Numbered from the stretch's first letter, positions 28,309-37,096 are shown. The stretch: DNA of 64,000 bases from Candidatus Omnitrophota bacterium (GCA_040753015.1 JBFMHM010000001.1:211157-275156); one strand, 5' to 3'. Numbers and translations: made by a program. Notes: generated by a model not told the origin, from the sequence alone.

Positions 28309-30360
28309 TTATGTTAATTTATTAAACTCTTTGTAATTGGGCATCTTTTTTTCTAACGCTTGTTTCAATGCCTGATTTTGCCGTAACATCAAGTTGGGAT
28401 CTTTCTCAATTAAGCTTTTTGCTTCCTCGCGGGCAGCCTTTAAAAGATCTATCTGCCTTATTGGATCTGCAACTTTTAACTCAGAAAGGCCATGCTGTAA
28501 ACTACCCAAAAATTCACCCGGGCCGCGAATCTCTAAATCTTTTTGCGCAATCTCAAAACCATCACAAGTGTGACAAATAGCCGAAATTCGTAAAACAGAA
28601 TCTTCACTTTTTGGGTTTGCAATCAGGATAAAATAGCTATTATTTTGGCTTCTTGCAATACGGCCGCGCAGCTGATGCAGCTGCGACAAGCCAAAACGCT
28701 CTGCATGCTCAACTATCATACAAGTTGCATTTGGCACATCCACACCAATTTCTAATATTGAGGTAGCCACTAATACTTTGATTTTACCATCTCTAAATTC
28801 GTCCATTATCTTTTTTTGCTCAGTCTCTTTTAACCTACCATGAATTAAACCAACACTTAACCCTTTAAAAATTCCTGATTGTAAATATTCATACATTTTA
28901 ACTGCCGCCTTCAATTCTAGCTTTTCCGATTCATTAATTAAAGGATAAATTATATATGCCTGCCTCCCCAGTCTAACCTGCCCCAATACGAATTGAAACG
29001 CGCTATCGCTATTCTCTTTATTATACACTACGGTTTCTGGCCTCAGGCGTCCATCTGGTAATTGTCTTATTGTTGATATATCTAAATCTCCGTAAATTGT
29101 TAAAGCGAGCGTGCGGGGAATAGGCGTTGCTGTCATTATTAGGACATCAGGCCATACTTTTAGATTATAGAATGCCTTCTGTGAAAGCAAATTTCTTTGC
29201 ACCAGCCCAAATTTATGTTGTTCATCAATTATTATCAGCCCTAAATTATTAAACTTGACATTATCTTCTAAAAGCGCATGCGTGCCAATTATAATTTTTG
29301 CCTTTCCACTTGTAATATCTTTATAGATATTTTTCTTTGCCTTTATGCTACCAGATAAAAATAAAATCTCATAACCTGTATTTAAAAACCATCTTTTAAA
29401 ATTATTATAATGCTGGTAGGCAAGAATTTCTGTTGGGCACATAAGCGCAATCTGATAACCACCGGAAATACTAAAAGCAGAAGCCAAGCTAGATACAACA
29501 GTTTTACCCGAACCAACTTCGCCCTGTAATAATCGCTGCATCGGATAATCTTTTACCATATCATTCTTAATTTCTTCTAAAACTTGCTGTTGATCAAAAG
29601 TCAATTCAAAACCAAAATTATTACGCACTCTATTTACAAGCGAATCATCAATTATATGCCTGATACCTAATTTTTTCTTTGAAATTAACCGCTGTAAAAT
29701 AAAAGGTATAGAAATAAGAAAAAACTCTTCAAAGGCAATTCTCTTATAGGCCTGTTCTAATATTTTATGATCTTTTGGAAAATGGATATTATTTAAAGCA
29801 GCCGCGCTGTTAATCAAATCGTGCTTCTTCCTTATATTAAACGGTAAAATATCGCTAAGCTTTGAAATATTCTTTTCCAAAACATCCCTAATAATACGCC
29901 TAAAATAACGTTGAGTAAAAATTTCTTTTAATGGATATATCGGCAAAATACCCTGGCTAAAATTATTTTCTTCAAATTCAGGTGAATTCACCTGTAAAAT
30001 CCCATCATAGCGCATTACTTTGCCGTAAAATACGAATTCTTTGCCTTTATCGAAATAATTTGCCAGATATGGCTGATTAAACCAAATACATAAAATACTC
30101 GACGTATCATCGCTAATTAATACCTTTAGAACATTCTTTTGCCTAAAACCCTTAAATTCCGTCTTACTTAGAACCTTACCTTGAAATAAAAAATAAAATC
30201 CCGGCTCCAATTTGGATATCGTAGTAATTTCTAAACGATCTTGATAACGCCGGGGGAAAAAATATAACAGGTCTTCTTGGGCCTTTAAACTCAACTTTCT
30301 AAATAATCTTTCTCTTTTTTCACCAATACCTTTTAGATACCTAACAGGGGTATTTAGCAT
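28309..30360 (-). CDS. recG: ATP-dependent DNA helicase RecG
   Basis: 683 aa. Wedge domain N-terminus, Walker A GDVGSGKT, DEQH box, TATPIPRTL TRG motif. Confidence 0.9.
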   Translation of the reverse strand: MLNTPVRYLKGIGEKRERLFRKLSLKAQEDLLYFFPRRYQDRLEITTISKLEPGFYFLFQGKVLSKTEFKGFRQKNVLKVLISDDTSSILCIWFNQPYLANYFDKGKEFVFYGKVMRYDGILQVNSPEFEENNFSQGILPIYPLKEIFTQRYFRRIIRDVLEKNISKLSDILPFNIRKKHDLINSAAALNNIHFPKDHKILEQAYKRIAFEEFFLISIPFILQRLISKKKLGIRHIIDDSLVNRVRNNFGFELTFDQQQVLEEIKNDMVKDYPMQRLLQGEVGSGKTVVSSLASAFSISGGYQIALMCPTEILAYQHYNNFKRWFLNTGYEILFLSGSIKAKKNIYKDITSGKAKIIIGTHALLEDNVKFNNLGLIIIDEQHKFGLVQRNLLSQKAFYNLKVWPDVLIMTATPIPRTLALTIYGDLDISTIRQLPDGRLRPETVVYNKENSDSAFQFVLGQVRLGRQAYIIYPLINESEKLELKAAVKMYEYLQSGIFKGLSVGLIHGRLKETEQKKIMDEFRDGKIKVLVATSILEIGVDVPNATCMIVEHAERFGLSQLHQLRGRIARSQNNSYFILIANPKSEDSVLRISAICHTCDGFEIAQKDLEIRGPGEFLGSLQHGLSELKVADPIRQIDLLKAAREEAKSLIEKDPNLMLRQNQALKQALEKKMPNYKEFNKLT

Positions 30361-31582
30361 AGATATTTTCTTTCGTGACTTTGTTAATTTTTAAATTTAC
30401 TAATTCTCGCCTTAGATCATTTTTTGAATCTACCAATATCTTTATATAATTATCAGTATAACCGACCTGGAAGCCGTTTTTTTTATCACGAGCCGACTCA
30501 ACTAAAACCCTAACTTCTTTATTTAAGAATTTTTTATGGTATTGGTAAGCTAAATTATCACAAACTTTTTTCAATTCTAAGAAGCGTTTTTTCTTATCTT
30601 CATCAGAAACTTTTGGAAAAAACTCAACAGCCTTTGTACCAGCTCTATCACTGTAAGAAAAAATATGAGTCCTAGAAGGATTAATTTTTTTTATAAAATT
30701 TAGTGTGTTTAAAAAATTTTTATTAGTTTCATAAGGAAACCCTATTATAACATCAGTTGTAATTGCAATTTGCGGAATTTTTTTTCTTAGATTACTTACT
30801 AATCCTAAAAAATCTTTTGTCAAAAATTTACGGTTCATTTTTTTTAAAATTCTATCGTCTCCGGATTGCAAAGGTAGATGTAAATGTTTAGAGATAAATT
30901 TATAATTACAAATTGCTTTAATTAAATCTTTACTAACATCTTCTGCCTCGATCGAAGAAAGACGAATTCTAGCAATATTATTAATTTTTCCTAATCGCTC
31001 TAAAACATCGGCCAATGATAGCTTAGGCGACAAATCCCGGCCATAGGCACCTAAACAAATCCCAGTTAAAACTATCTCTTTAAACCCCCTCTCAGTTAAA
31101 CAATTTACTTCTTTGATAATTTCATCTAGCGGGCGGCTTTTTGATCTGCCGCGTACCAGAGGCACCTTACAATACGAACAAAAATTGTCACAGCCATCTT
31201 GAATTTTTACAAATGCCCGATCATGGCCTTTAAAATCGGAAATACCATAAGTTTTCTGACTATTTTTTATAATCTCAACCCTGCCGCCAAACCTATTTAA
31301 AATTTTATCCTTATCTTTTTCAACAAGACAACCCGTTACAATAATTTTGGCTTTTGGGTTTTCTTTGATAGCACGGTTGATTAAATAGAAAGATTCTCTG
31401 TCGGCTTTATCTGTTACTGTACAAGTATTAATTACATAAACATCAGCTATTACCCCAGAAGATACTTCCGATAAATTTTGAGGGGATAAATTTTCACGGA
31501 TAGCCTGCGACTCATACTGATTTACTTTACAACCAAGGGTTAGAATTTTAAATGTTTGCATGAAATAATTACGGGCGAACAC
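30341..31582 (-). CDS. MiaB-family radical SAM tRNA methylthiotransferase (MtaB-like)
   Basis: 413 aa. N-terminal MTTase Cys region (TLGCKVNQYES), radical SAM CxxxCxxC (CDNFCSYC), C-terminal TRAM-like region. Confidence 0.8.
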   Translation of the reverse strand: MFARNYFMQTFKILTLGCKVNQYESQAIRENLSPQNLSEVSSGVIADVYVINTCTVTDKADRESFYLINRAIKENPKAKIIVTGCLVEKDKDKILNRFGGRVEIIKNSQKTYGISDFKGHDRAFVKIQDGCDNFCSYCKVPLVRGRSKSRPLDEIIKEVNCLTERGFKEIVLTGICLGAYGRDLSPKLSLADVLERLGKINNIARIRLSSIEAEDVSKDLIKAICNYKFISKHLHLPLQSGDDRILKKMNRKFLTKDFLGLVSNLRKKIPQIAITTDVIIGFPYETNKNFLNTLNFIKKINPSRTHIFSYSDRAGTKAVEFFPKVSDEDKKKRFLELKKVCDNLAYQYHKKFLNKEVRVLVESARDKKNGFQVGYTDNYIKILVDSKNDLRRELVNLKINKVTKENIYAKYPC

Positions 31583-32312
31583 ATAGGTTCACCCCTACAG
31601 CTACAAAAATAGCTGCAGTATCTACTTTTAATATTCTCTTACCAAGTGTTACTGGTTTCGAACCATGTTTAATAGCGAATTCGACCTCTTCTTTTGTAAA
31701 ATCTCCCTCTGGGCCGATTAAAGCTAAAATTTTCGGACAGGCACATGGGCCTGTCCCTACAGAACAAATTGCATCCTTAAATGTAACTCGTTTACCCTCT
31801 AATGTCGGGATAATTATTAAATCATATTTTTCGTCAAAAATATCTTTAAAAAATTTAATTTCATCAATCTTAGTAATTATTGGATTGGAACTTTGTTTGG
31901 CAGCCTCTCTTGCAATTTTCCTAAAACGCTCGGCTTTTTGCCTTACTTTATCAACCGACAATCTTACAATTGTGCGTTCAGTAACTATTGGTATAATCCG
32001 AAAAACACCAAGCTCTGCCAGTTTTTCGACAATATATTCAAACTTTGCATTTTTAGGAAGCGCGCAGGCAATAGTCAGTTCGGACGTCTGTAGAGACGCA
32101 TTGCAATGCGTCTCTACAATTTTCACAACAATCTCATCTTCATTAATCTTATCAATTATGCCAGCATAACTATTTCTTTTTTCATCAAATAAATTTATCT
32201 TATCACCCAAATTATATCGGCGGGATTTTATAATATGCGCAATCTCTTTGGGGTCAGTAATTAAAATTAAATTACTATTAATGTTTTTTGATTCTGCGAA
32301 AAATTGACTCAT
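31569..32312 (-). CDS. rsmE: 16S rRNA (uracil1498-N3)-methyltransferase
   Basis: 247 aa. RsmE-like C-terminus (LGKRILKVDTAAI). Contains the 28-bp palindrome in-frame (VETHCNASLQ). Confidence 0.8.
   Translation of the reverse strand: MSQFFAESKNINSNLILITDPKEIAHIIKSRRYNLGDKINLFDEKRNSYAGIIDKINEDEIVVKIVETHCNASLQTSELTIACALPKNAKFEYIVEKLAELGVFRIIPIVTERTIVRLSVDKVRQKAERFRKIAREAAKQSSNPIITKIDEIKFFKDIFDEKYDLIIIPTLEGKRVTFKDAICSVGTGPCACPKILALIGPEGDFTKEEVEFAIKHGSKPVTLGKRILKVDTAAIFVAVGVNLCVRP
32090..32117. repeat. 28-bp perfect palindrome GTAGAGACGCATTGCAATGCGTCTCTAC (copy 2, inside the rsmE coding sequence)
   Basis: Identical to 17558-17585. Translated in-frame within rsmE. Confidence 0.9.
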
Positions 32313-32318
32313 AATAAA

Positions 32319-32394
<76 letters not shown>

Positions 32395-32398
32395 TAAG

Positions 32399-33046
32399 TT
32401 AACTAATTGATTGTTCGCGGCAGGCAACATTCGTGGTAAGACTAACTTCAGGATTATTTATTGGATGCGGGTTTGGATCATTTATGTTTTGCCGAGTACG
32501 AAGTGTAAGTTGATAAACTAATGGCGTATCATCATTGGTATTACCATTATTATTGTAATCAACAAGAACTGGCTCTACCTGCAATTCAACATCCCTCGCC
32601 AATACGGTATCTTCAATAACGCCTACTTGATTCGGACTAACTCTCATAAATCTTAATTGTTTATTATTATTGGTATATACATATCTACCTACCTCATCGG
32701 TATTAGTAAATTCACCAAATGGAGAAGCAACATCATGCTTAATCTCTAATATTATACCAACGCCAGGCTCAACCCTTAATGCAACTGTCGGATTATCCTT
32801 ATATCCAATCCCAGTATAGACATTTTTTACAATATGTTCCATAACCGGCGAGATACGGTTCAAAAGTTCGGCCTGCTTATCTTGTACTGTACCCATCCTA
32901 CGCGACCAGATTTCAACTGTTCCAGCAGTAAGCGCTACCATACCAACCAAAGTTATAGCAATAATTAATTCGATTAATGTTATACCTTTATCTTTACGCT
33001 TTTCGCTTTGCACTTTTCGCTTTCTCATCATCTCGGTGGCGTCCAT
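32399..33046 (-). CDS. Minor pseudopilin with prepilin-type N-terminal cleavage/methylation domain
   Basis: 215 aa. KGITLIELIIAITLVGM class III signal. The start may be an internal Met overlapping the upstream stop. Confidence 0.7.
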   Translation of the reverse strand: MDATEMMRKRKVQSEKRKDKGITLIELIIAITLVGMVALTAGTVEIWSRRMGTVQDKQAELLNRISPVMEHIVKNVYTGIGYKDNPTVALRVEPGVGIILEIKHDVASPFGEFTNTDEVGRYVYTNNNKQLRFMRVSPNQVGVIEDTVLARDVELQVEPVLVDYNNNGNTNDDTPLVYQLTLRTRQNINDPNPHPINNPEVSLTTNVACREQSIS

Positions 33047-33384
33047 CTAACAGTAACCGTGACTTTTCGACAGGTTGAGTTATCAACATTCTCAACTCTA
33101 TAACTTTTAGAATAATTAATTATACCTTCTCGCTCAGCCGGCAACACAACATCATCCATAACCCTAAGCCCGCCTGTATTCCAAGTATCAGCCCTAACCT
33201 GATCTTTTAAACTCTCTAAAACACCGCGCGCAATATTTATTGCCTGTAAACGGTATTTTGCATGAAGCGCAAAACGCTTACCAGCGGTAAATGTAGCAAG
33301 AAGCCCGGCAATAACACTTACTAAAATAACCATCGCCACAACCACTTCAACCAAAGTTAAACTTCTTTTACTAAATATTCGCAT
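33028..33384 (-). CDS. Minor pseudopilin (GspI/PilV-like) with atypical Ser at the -1 position
   Basis: 118 aa. MRIFSKRS-LTLVEVVVAMVIL hydrophobic segment with Glu+5. C-terminal TVTVRW resembles GspI. The 5-prime end is copy A of the repeated pilin leader segment. Confidence 0.6.
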   Translation of the reverse strand: MRIFSKRSLTLVEVVVAMVILVSVIAGLLATFTAGKRFALHAKYRLQAINIARGVLESLKDQVRADTWNTGGLRVMDDVVLPAEREGIINYSKSYRVENVDNSTCRKVTVTVRWTPPR

Positions 33385-33385
33385 A

Positions 33386-34012
33386 TTAAATTTTCTTTGC
33401 CATTTTTCTTACCTCTGCTTCAAAATATTTTTTAACTTCTTCCCAACTTATTTTCTTAAGCATCCTCGGCATAATACTTACATCTGCATCAATAAAATAA
33501 ACCAAACTTTTTTGAATATGAATTATATTCGAAGCGAGCGTTCCATATTTACGGTCATAAAAAAGCAGCATATCTTTTAAAGAAATGCCGCTTTGACAGA
33601 GAAAATAAAGATCAATAAAATCTCTTTTTATTCCACGTGTTGAAATAGCGTCTATTTTCATTGCGGCAATATCCCGTAAATCAAGAATATTTATATTAAA
33701 TAACGGATTAGAACCAAATAAAACAGGGTACTTATAATAAAAAATGCTGAATTTTGCTTCATTAATAGTTCCTAATAATGTTGCCCATCTTTGCTGCTCT
33801 AATTTAAAACCAACAGCTTTCCTTAAACCATCTGCTAAAACACTTGTATCAAATTCTTCCGGCGTAAAAAAATCCAAATCAACCGAAATTCTATGCCCCA
33901 ACTGTAACGCGCAAGCAGTTCCACCAGCTAAATAAGCTTTATCAAAAAACGCTGTTTTACCTAATAAAATTAGAGCGTCTTTAGTTTCTTTAGATAAGGT
34001 TTCTGTAAACAT
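33386..34012 (-). CDS. Nucleotidyltransferase AbiEii/AbiGii toxin family protein (DUF1814-like)
   Basis: 208 aa. AYLAGGTACALQLGHRISVDLDFF motif typical of AbiEii-type type IV TA toxins. Confidence 0.7.
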   Translation of the reverse strand: MFTETLSKETKDALILLGKTAFFDKAYLAGGTACALQLGHRISVDLDFFTPEEFDTSVLADGLRKAVGFKLEQQRWATLLGTINEAKFSIFYYKYPVLFGSNPLFNINILDLRDIAAMKIDAISTRGIKRDFIDLYFLCQSGISLKDMLLFYDRKYGTLASNIIHIQKSLVYFIDADVSIMPRMLKKISWEEVKKYFEAEVRKMAKKI

Positions 34013-34263
34013 AAAATTTTTTTCTTGTCAATACCGAAAACAACTGCCCAAAAATTCGCACTCATTGGTGAAACCATACGAAAATGCGTTAACGCATAGG
34101 CAATTTGATGTTTAGTAAAATGCTTACTCATCCAATTAACAGCCGTCTTATCGCCATATTCAAGCATCCTGCATAAAACATCTTGCCGGCCGTGCTCTAA
34201 TCTTAGTTTGTCAAACTCTACATCCCAGAAATACTTTTTTAAAAATTTTGGCAGTTTTGTCAT
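33970..34263 (-). CDS. Small partner protein of the AbiEii-like gene (putative antitoxin)
   Basis: 97 aa. YFWDVEFDKL...VLCRMLEYGDKTAVNWM motif, commonly found upstream of AbiEii-like nucleotidyltransferases. The antitoxin role is inferred from position only. Overlaps the downstream gene by 43 nt. Confidence 0.5.
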   Translation of the reverse strand: MTKLPKFLKKYFWDVEFDKLRLEHGRQDVLCRMLEYGDKTAVNWMSKHFTKHQIAYALTHFRMVSPMSANFWAVVFGIDKKKILCLQKPYLKKLKTL

Positions 34264-34264
34264 T

Positions 34265-34333
34265 TTACTTCTCTAAAATCATCGCCACAACCACTTCAAC
34301 TAAAGTTAGGGATTTATTTTGACTTATCCTCAT
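34265..34333 (-). pseudogene. Pilin 5-prime remnant (copy B): 22-codon ORF MRISQNKSLTLVEVVVAMILEK
   Basis: Same conserved segment catcgccacaaccacttcaacYaaagtta as the intact pseudopilin start. Its ATG overlaps the hepT stop (ATGA). It stops 1 nt before the partner-gene ATG. Confidence 0.6.
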
Positions 34334-34662
34334 TTAATCTTCTCAATTTGAATTTTTAGTTTTGGTAATTTATCTTCAATTACATCCCAAACAATCTCCC
34401 AATTTACACCAAAATAATAGTGAATAATTTTATCGCGTAGGCCCGATATTTTCTTCCACTCAATTTCTTTATATCTTAATCTAATATTCGCAGGGATATG
34501 CTTAGCTGCTTCGCCAATAATTTCTAAATTACGCACAACAGCATCACGTGTTTTCAAATCTTTCAAAAATTTTTCATACCTTAAATTACCAACATAAGAA
34601 TCAATTCTTTCGATACTTTCTAATATATCTTTTAAAAACTCTATATTTTCTCTTTTAACCAT
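34330..34662 (-). CDS. hepT: HepT-like HEPN RNase toxin (DUF86)
   Basis: 110 aa. RDAVVRNLEIIGEAAKHIP and Rx4HxY motif (LRDKIIHYY). Overlaps the upstream mntA by 8 nt. Confidence 0.85.
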   Translation of the reverse strand: MVKRENIEFLKDILESIERIDSYVGNLRYEKFLKDLKTRDAVVRNLEIIGEAAKHIPANIRLRYKEIEWKKISGLRDKIIHYYFGVNWEIVWDVIEDKLPKLKIQIEKIK

Positions 34663-34960
34663 AAATTACACTTTTTTTAATATCATCTTTAATGGTTTTT
34701 ATAGATATACTTTTTACGCCCATTGGCGTCAAAACATCTACTTTCTTACCAAAGACTTTTTCAAGAAAAAATACTAAATCCATAAAATTATCAAAACTAG
34801 GTTTTTTAAATTCAACCAAAAAATCAATATCACTTTTTTTTGTTTGTTCTTGGCGAGCATAAGAACCAAACAAACCAATTTTTTTTACCTGATATTTTTC
34901 TAATTCAGTATTGTGTTTTTTTAATTCTTCAAAAATATTTTTTTTAGTTAAATTCTTCAT
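34655..34960 (-). CDS. mntA: MntA-like minimal nucleotidyltransferase antitoxin
   Basis: GLFGSYARQEQTKKSDIDFLVEF (GS...DxD). The ATG at 34958-34960 (MKNLTKK) is preferred. The track extension to 34987 is a TTG inside the pilin repeat. Confidence 0.85.
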   Translation of the reverse strand: MKNLTKKNIFEELKKHNTELEKYQVKKIGLFGSYARQEQTKKSDIDFLVEFKKPSFDNFMDLVFFLEKVFGKKVDVLTPMGVKSISIKTIKDDIKKSVIYG

Positions 34961-35021
34961 ATTTATCCATCGCCACAACCACTTCAACCAAAGTTAAACT
35001 TTTTTTATTAATAATTTGCAT
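34944..35021 (-). pseudogene. Pilin 5-prime remnant (copy C): 25-codon ORF MQIINKKSLTLVEVVVAMDKYEEFN
   Basis: 35 nt identical to the intact pseudopilin start (33028..33384). It terminates inside the first codons of mntA. Confidence 0.6.
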
Positions 35022-35034
35022 AGTTATTTTTATC

Positions 35035-35084
35035 TAAAAAAGAGAACCCTGCCGGCAGGCAGGCCTGACTACCGTTAGGTAGTC
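35035..35084 (-). terminator. Rho-independent terminator at the end of the tandem pilin genes
   Basis: Hairpins cctgccggcagg and gactaccgttaggtagtc. On the minus strand they are followed by UUCUCUUUUUU. Confidence 0.55.
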
Positions 35085-35118
35085 GTCCCCTTTTCTCTTA
35101 TAAATAAATTTATTTTAC

Positions 35119-35565
35119 CTACGGATTTGGACAACCTTCGCCACTACATACTATCTCATTATCATCAATACTTAATGACCAAGTTCGCGCATTAGCCTCA
35201 GCGACATTCTGTCTTACAGAATGTATCGCAATGCTTCCAGCACCCCATCTAACATTATTAACTCCATACGCCCAATTTGAATTATTAACAGGTAAATCTA
35301 GATTAAGTTCTTGATTAAGTTCGGCAGTACACGGAAAGGCGTTTCCGCAAACATAATAAACATTATTATGCTTTAACGCATAAATTTTTTCTGCGGCTGC
35401 AATTAGCTTTAAAACGGTTTTTGCTTCTTCATCTCTTGCCCGCTCTGCCTTGCCTAAATAATTCGGAGCAGCTAAACTTACCAAGATACCAATCAACACA
35501 ACTACAATAATAAGTTCAATTAAAGTAAAACCTTTTATTTTCATTTTATCCTTTACTCGAATCAT
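35119..35565 (-). CDS. Type IV pilin-like protein
   Basis: 148 aa. KIKGFTLIELIIVVVLIGILVSLAAPNY class III signal plus hydrophobic helix. C-terminal Cys pair. Confidence 0.8.
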   Translation of the reverse strand: MIRVKDKMKIKGFTLIELIIVVVLIGILVSLAAPNYLGKAERARDEEAKTVLKLIAAAEKIYALKHNNVYYVCGNAFPCTAELNQELNLDLPVNNSNWAYGVNNVRWGAGSIAIHSVRQNVAEANARTWSLSIDDNEIVCSGEGCPNP

Positions 35566-35581
35566 TGTTTATAACTAATCA

Positions 35582-36022
35582 TTACGGACCACCTGGCGCC
35601 TCGCCCCAAGGATCAGGAGGGCCGCCTCTACCCTCTACAGACATATCATGTATTTGGCAATCTTTATTAAGCCACAAAACATCCTGCCCCGAAGACGATC
35701 TTTGAGCTACAGCGAAAAAATTGTCGGCATTCGCGTTTTCAACACGAAAATTCCAATTTCGATTAACACTATAAGGAATGCTTAACCCAAGTTCAGTATT
35801 GCATGCCTCTGTCGTAGCACAACTCCTGTAAATCTTGGTAGATTCAAAAATATCTTTCTCTGCAGCACAAATTAATTGTAAAATTGCCGCTGCTTCATTA
35901 TTAATTGCCTTTTCTCTACGGCCAAAATAATTGACCATGCCAATACCTGCTAAAATCCCAATTAAAAGAATTGTAATTACAAGTTCAATAAGGGTAAAAG
36001 CAATTTTTTTATTTTTTATCAT
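35582..36022 (-). CDS. Type IV pilin-like protein (Ala at -1)
   Basis: Likely start MIKNKKIAFTLIELVITILLIGILAGIG. The track start at 36052 is probably an upstream extension. Confidence 0.7.
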   Translation of the reverse strand: MIKNKKIAFTLIELVITILLIGILAGIGMVNYFGRREKAINNEAAAILQLICAAEKDIFESTKIYRSCATTEACNTELGLSIPYSVNRNWNFRVENANADNFFAVAQRSSSGQDVLWLNKDCQIHDMSVEGRGGPPDPWGEAPGGP

Positions 36023-36029
36023 TATAATC

Positions 36030-36398
36030 TTAAATTCGCAATACATCGTCATTAATATTGCCGCTGATTAAATTAATCGTAATAATATATCTGTTTGCTG
36101 TGCAGCGTTCGGCGACAGCTTCATTACCAGATGAATAATAACTAAAAAATCTTTCTGGAGAACATCCTCCTAAACCTCCAAAACCTAAATCTGCTAAATT
36201 TTCAGTATATGCCCCATGCTCATTCTTCCAGATTTCTTGAGCAGTGCGAATTTCAGCCAACATTCTATATGCTTCAGCTGCCCTGCCTCGTTCAAGCTGT
36301 TTTTGAAATCTGGGTATTGCAAGGGTAGCAAGAAGGCCCAATACTATAATTACAACTACCAGCTCGATTAGGGTGAATGCTCTACCTTGCTTCTGCAT
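36030..36398 (-). CDS. Type IV pilin-like protein (Ala at -1)
   Basis: 122 aa. QGRAFTLIELVVVIIVLGLLATLAIPRF. Confidence 0.75.
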   Translation of the reverse strand: MQKQGRAFTLIELVVVIIVLGLLATLAIPRFQKQLERGRAAEAYRMLAEIRTAQEIWKNEHGAYTENLADLGFGGLGGCSPERFFSYYSSGNEAVAERCTANRYIITINLISGNINDDVLRI

Positions 36399-37086
36399 TC
36401 GCTATGACCCCCAACCCCCAAGCCTGGTCACAAACTAAATCACCATCAGTATCAACACAAAATTCTCGATTACCAGTCACCAGATCCGTATATTCAAAAA
36501 GTATGCCGGGATTACCATCATTATCAAGAATAGGATCAGCATCAGCTGGCCAAGCCACTATAACAGCATCATCTCCTGCACTTCCTGACGCTCCATCTAC
36601 TCGATCACCTACTTGCGGATGACCACCGCCAGCATTTCCACCGCCGCCTGCGCCAAGACCACCGTCGGCACCACCTGCGCCGCCTGGGATATTTAGAGGC
36701 GATAACGCGCCCGTAGCTAAATCAATGTTTATTTTATATTCTTCTGGCCAATTAGGCTGCTTACCACTAGCATTTCTGCTGCATCTATAAGCAACAGCTA
36801 AATTCTGCCCAGCACGATTTGCGACTATCCGATAAAAAAAATAATGACCAGAATTACACTGTTTTAGCTCTGCCTCAACATCAAACCCTGTTAAATTACC
36901 GTGCTTAACCAAATAAACTTGCGCGTCATCACGAATTGATCCAAGCATTTGATAGGCCTCAGCTGCGCGGCCCTTTTCAAGTTGTATTTGATAGCGCGGC
37001 AAAGCAATTGTAACTAAAAGCCCGATTACAATTATCACAACCACAAGCTCAATTAAGGTAAATCCAAATTTTTTATTCATAATCAC
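36382..37086 (-). CDS. Type IV pilin-like protein with a Gly-rich C-terminal extension
   Basis: 234 aa. KKFGFTLIELVVVIIVIGLLVTIALPRYQ. C-terminal GGAGGADGGLGAGGGGNAGGG low-complexity tract. Confidence 0.75.
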   Translation of the reverse strand: MIMNKKFGFTLIELVVVIIVIGLLVTIALPRYQIQLEKGRAAEAYQMLGSIRDDAQVYLVKHGNLTGFDVEAELKQCNSGHYFFYRIVANRAGQNLAVAYRCSRNASGKQPNWPEEYKINIDLATGALSPLNIPGGAGGADGGLGAGGGGNAGGGHPQVGDRVDGASGSAGDDAVIVAWPADADPILDNDGNPGILFEYTDLVTGNREFCVDTDGDLVCDQAWGLGVIANAEAR

Positions 37087-37096
37087 CGCCTACAAA

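Noticed and set aside
34961-34987. MntA N-terminal extension MKWLWRWIN (track start 34987)
   Set aside because: It starts from TTG within the pilin-leader repeat in a different frame from the pilin. The ATG at 34958-34960 gives a standard MntA N-terminus.
33331-35021. The three-times repeated ~35-nt segment as a CRISPR array
   Set aside because: Spacing is irregular (about 900 and 700 bp). The intervening sequence is protein-coding TA genes. The repeat itself encodes a pilin N-terminus. This is not a CRISPR array.
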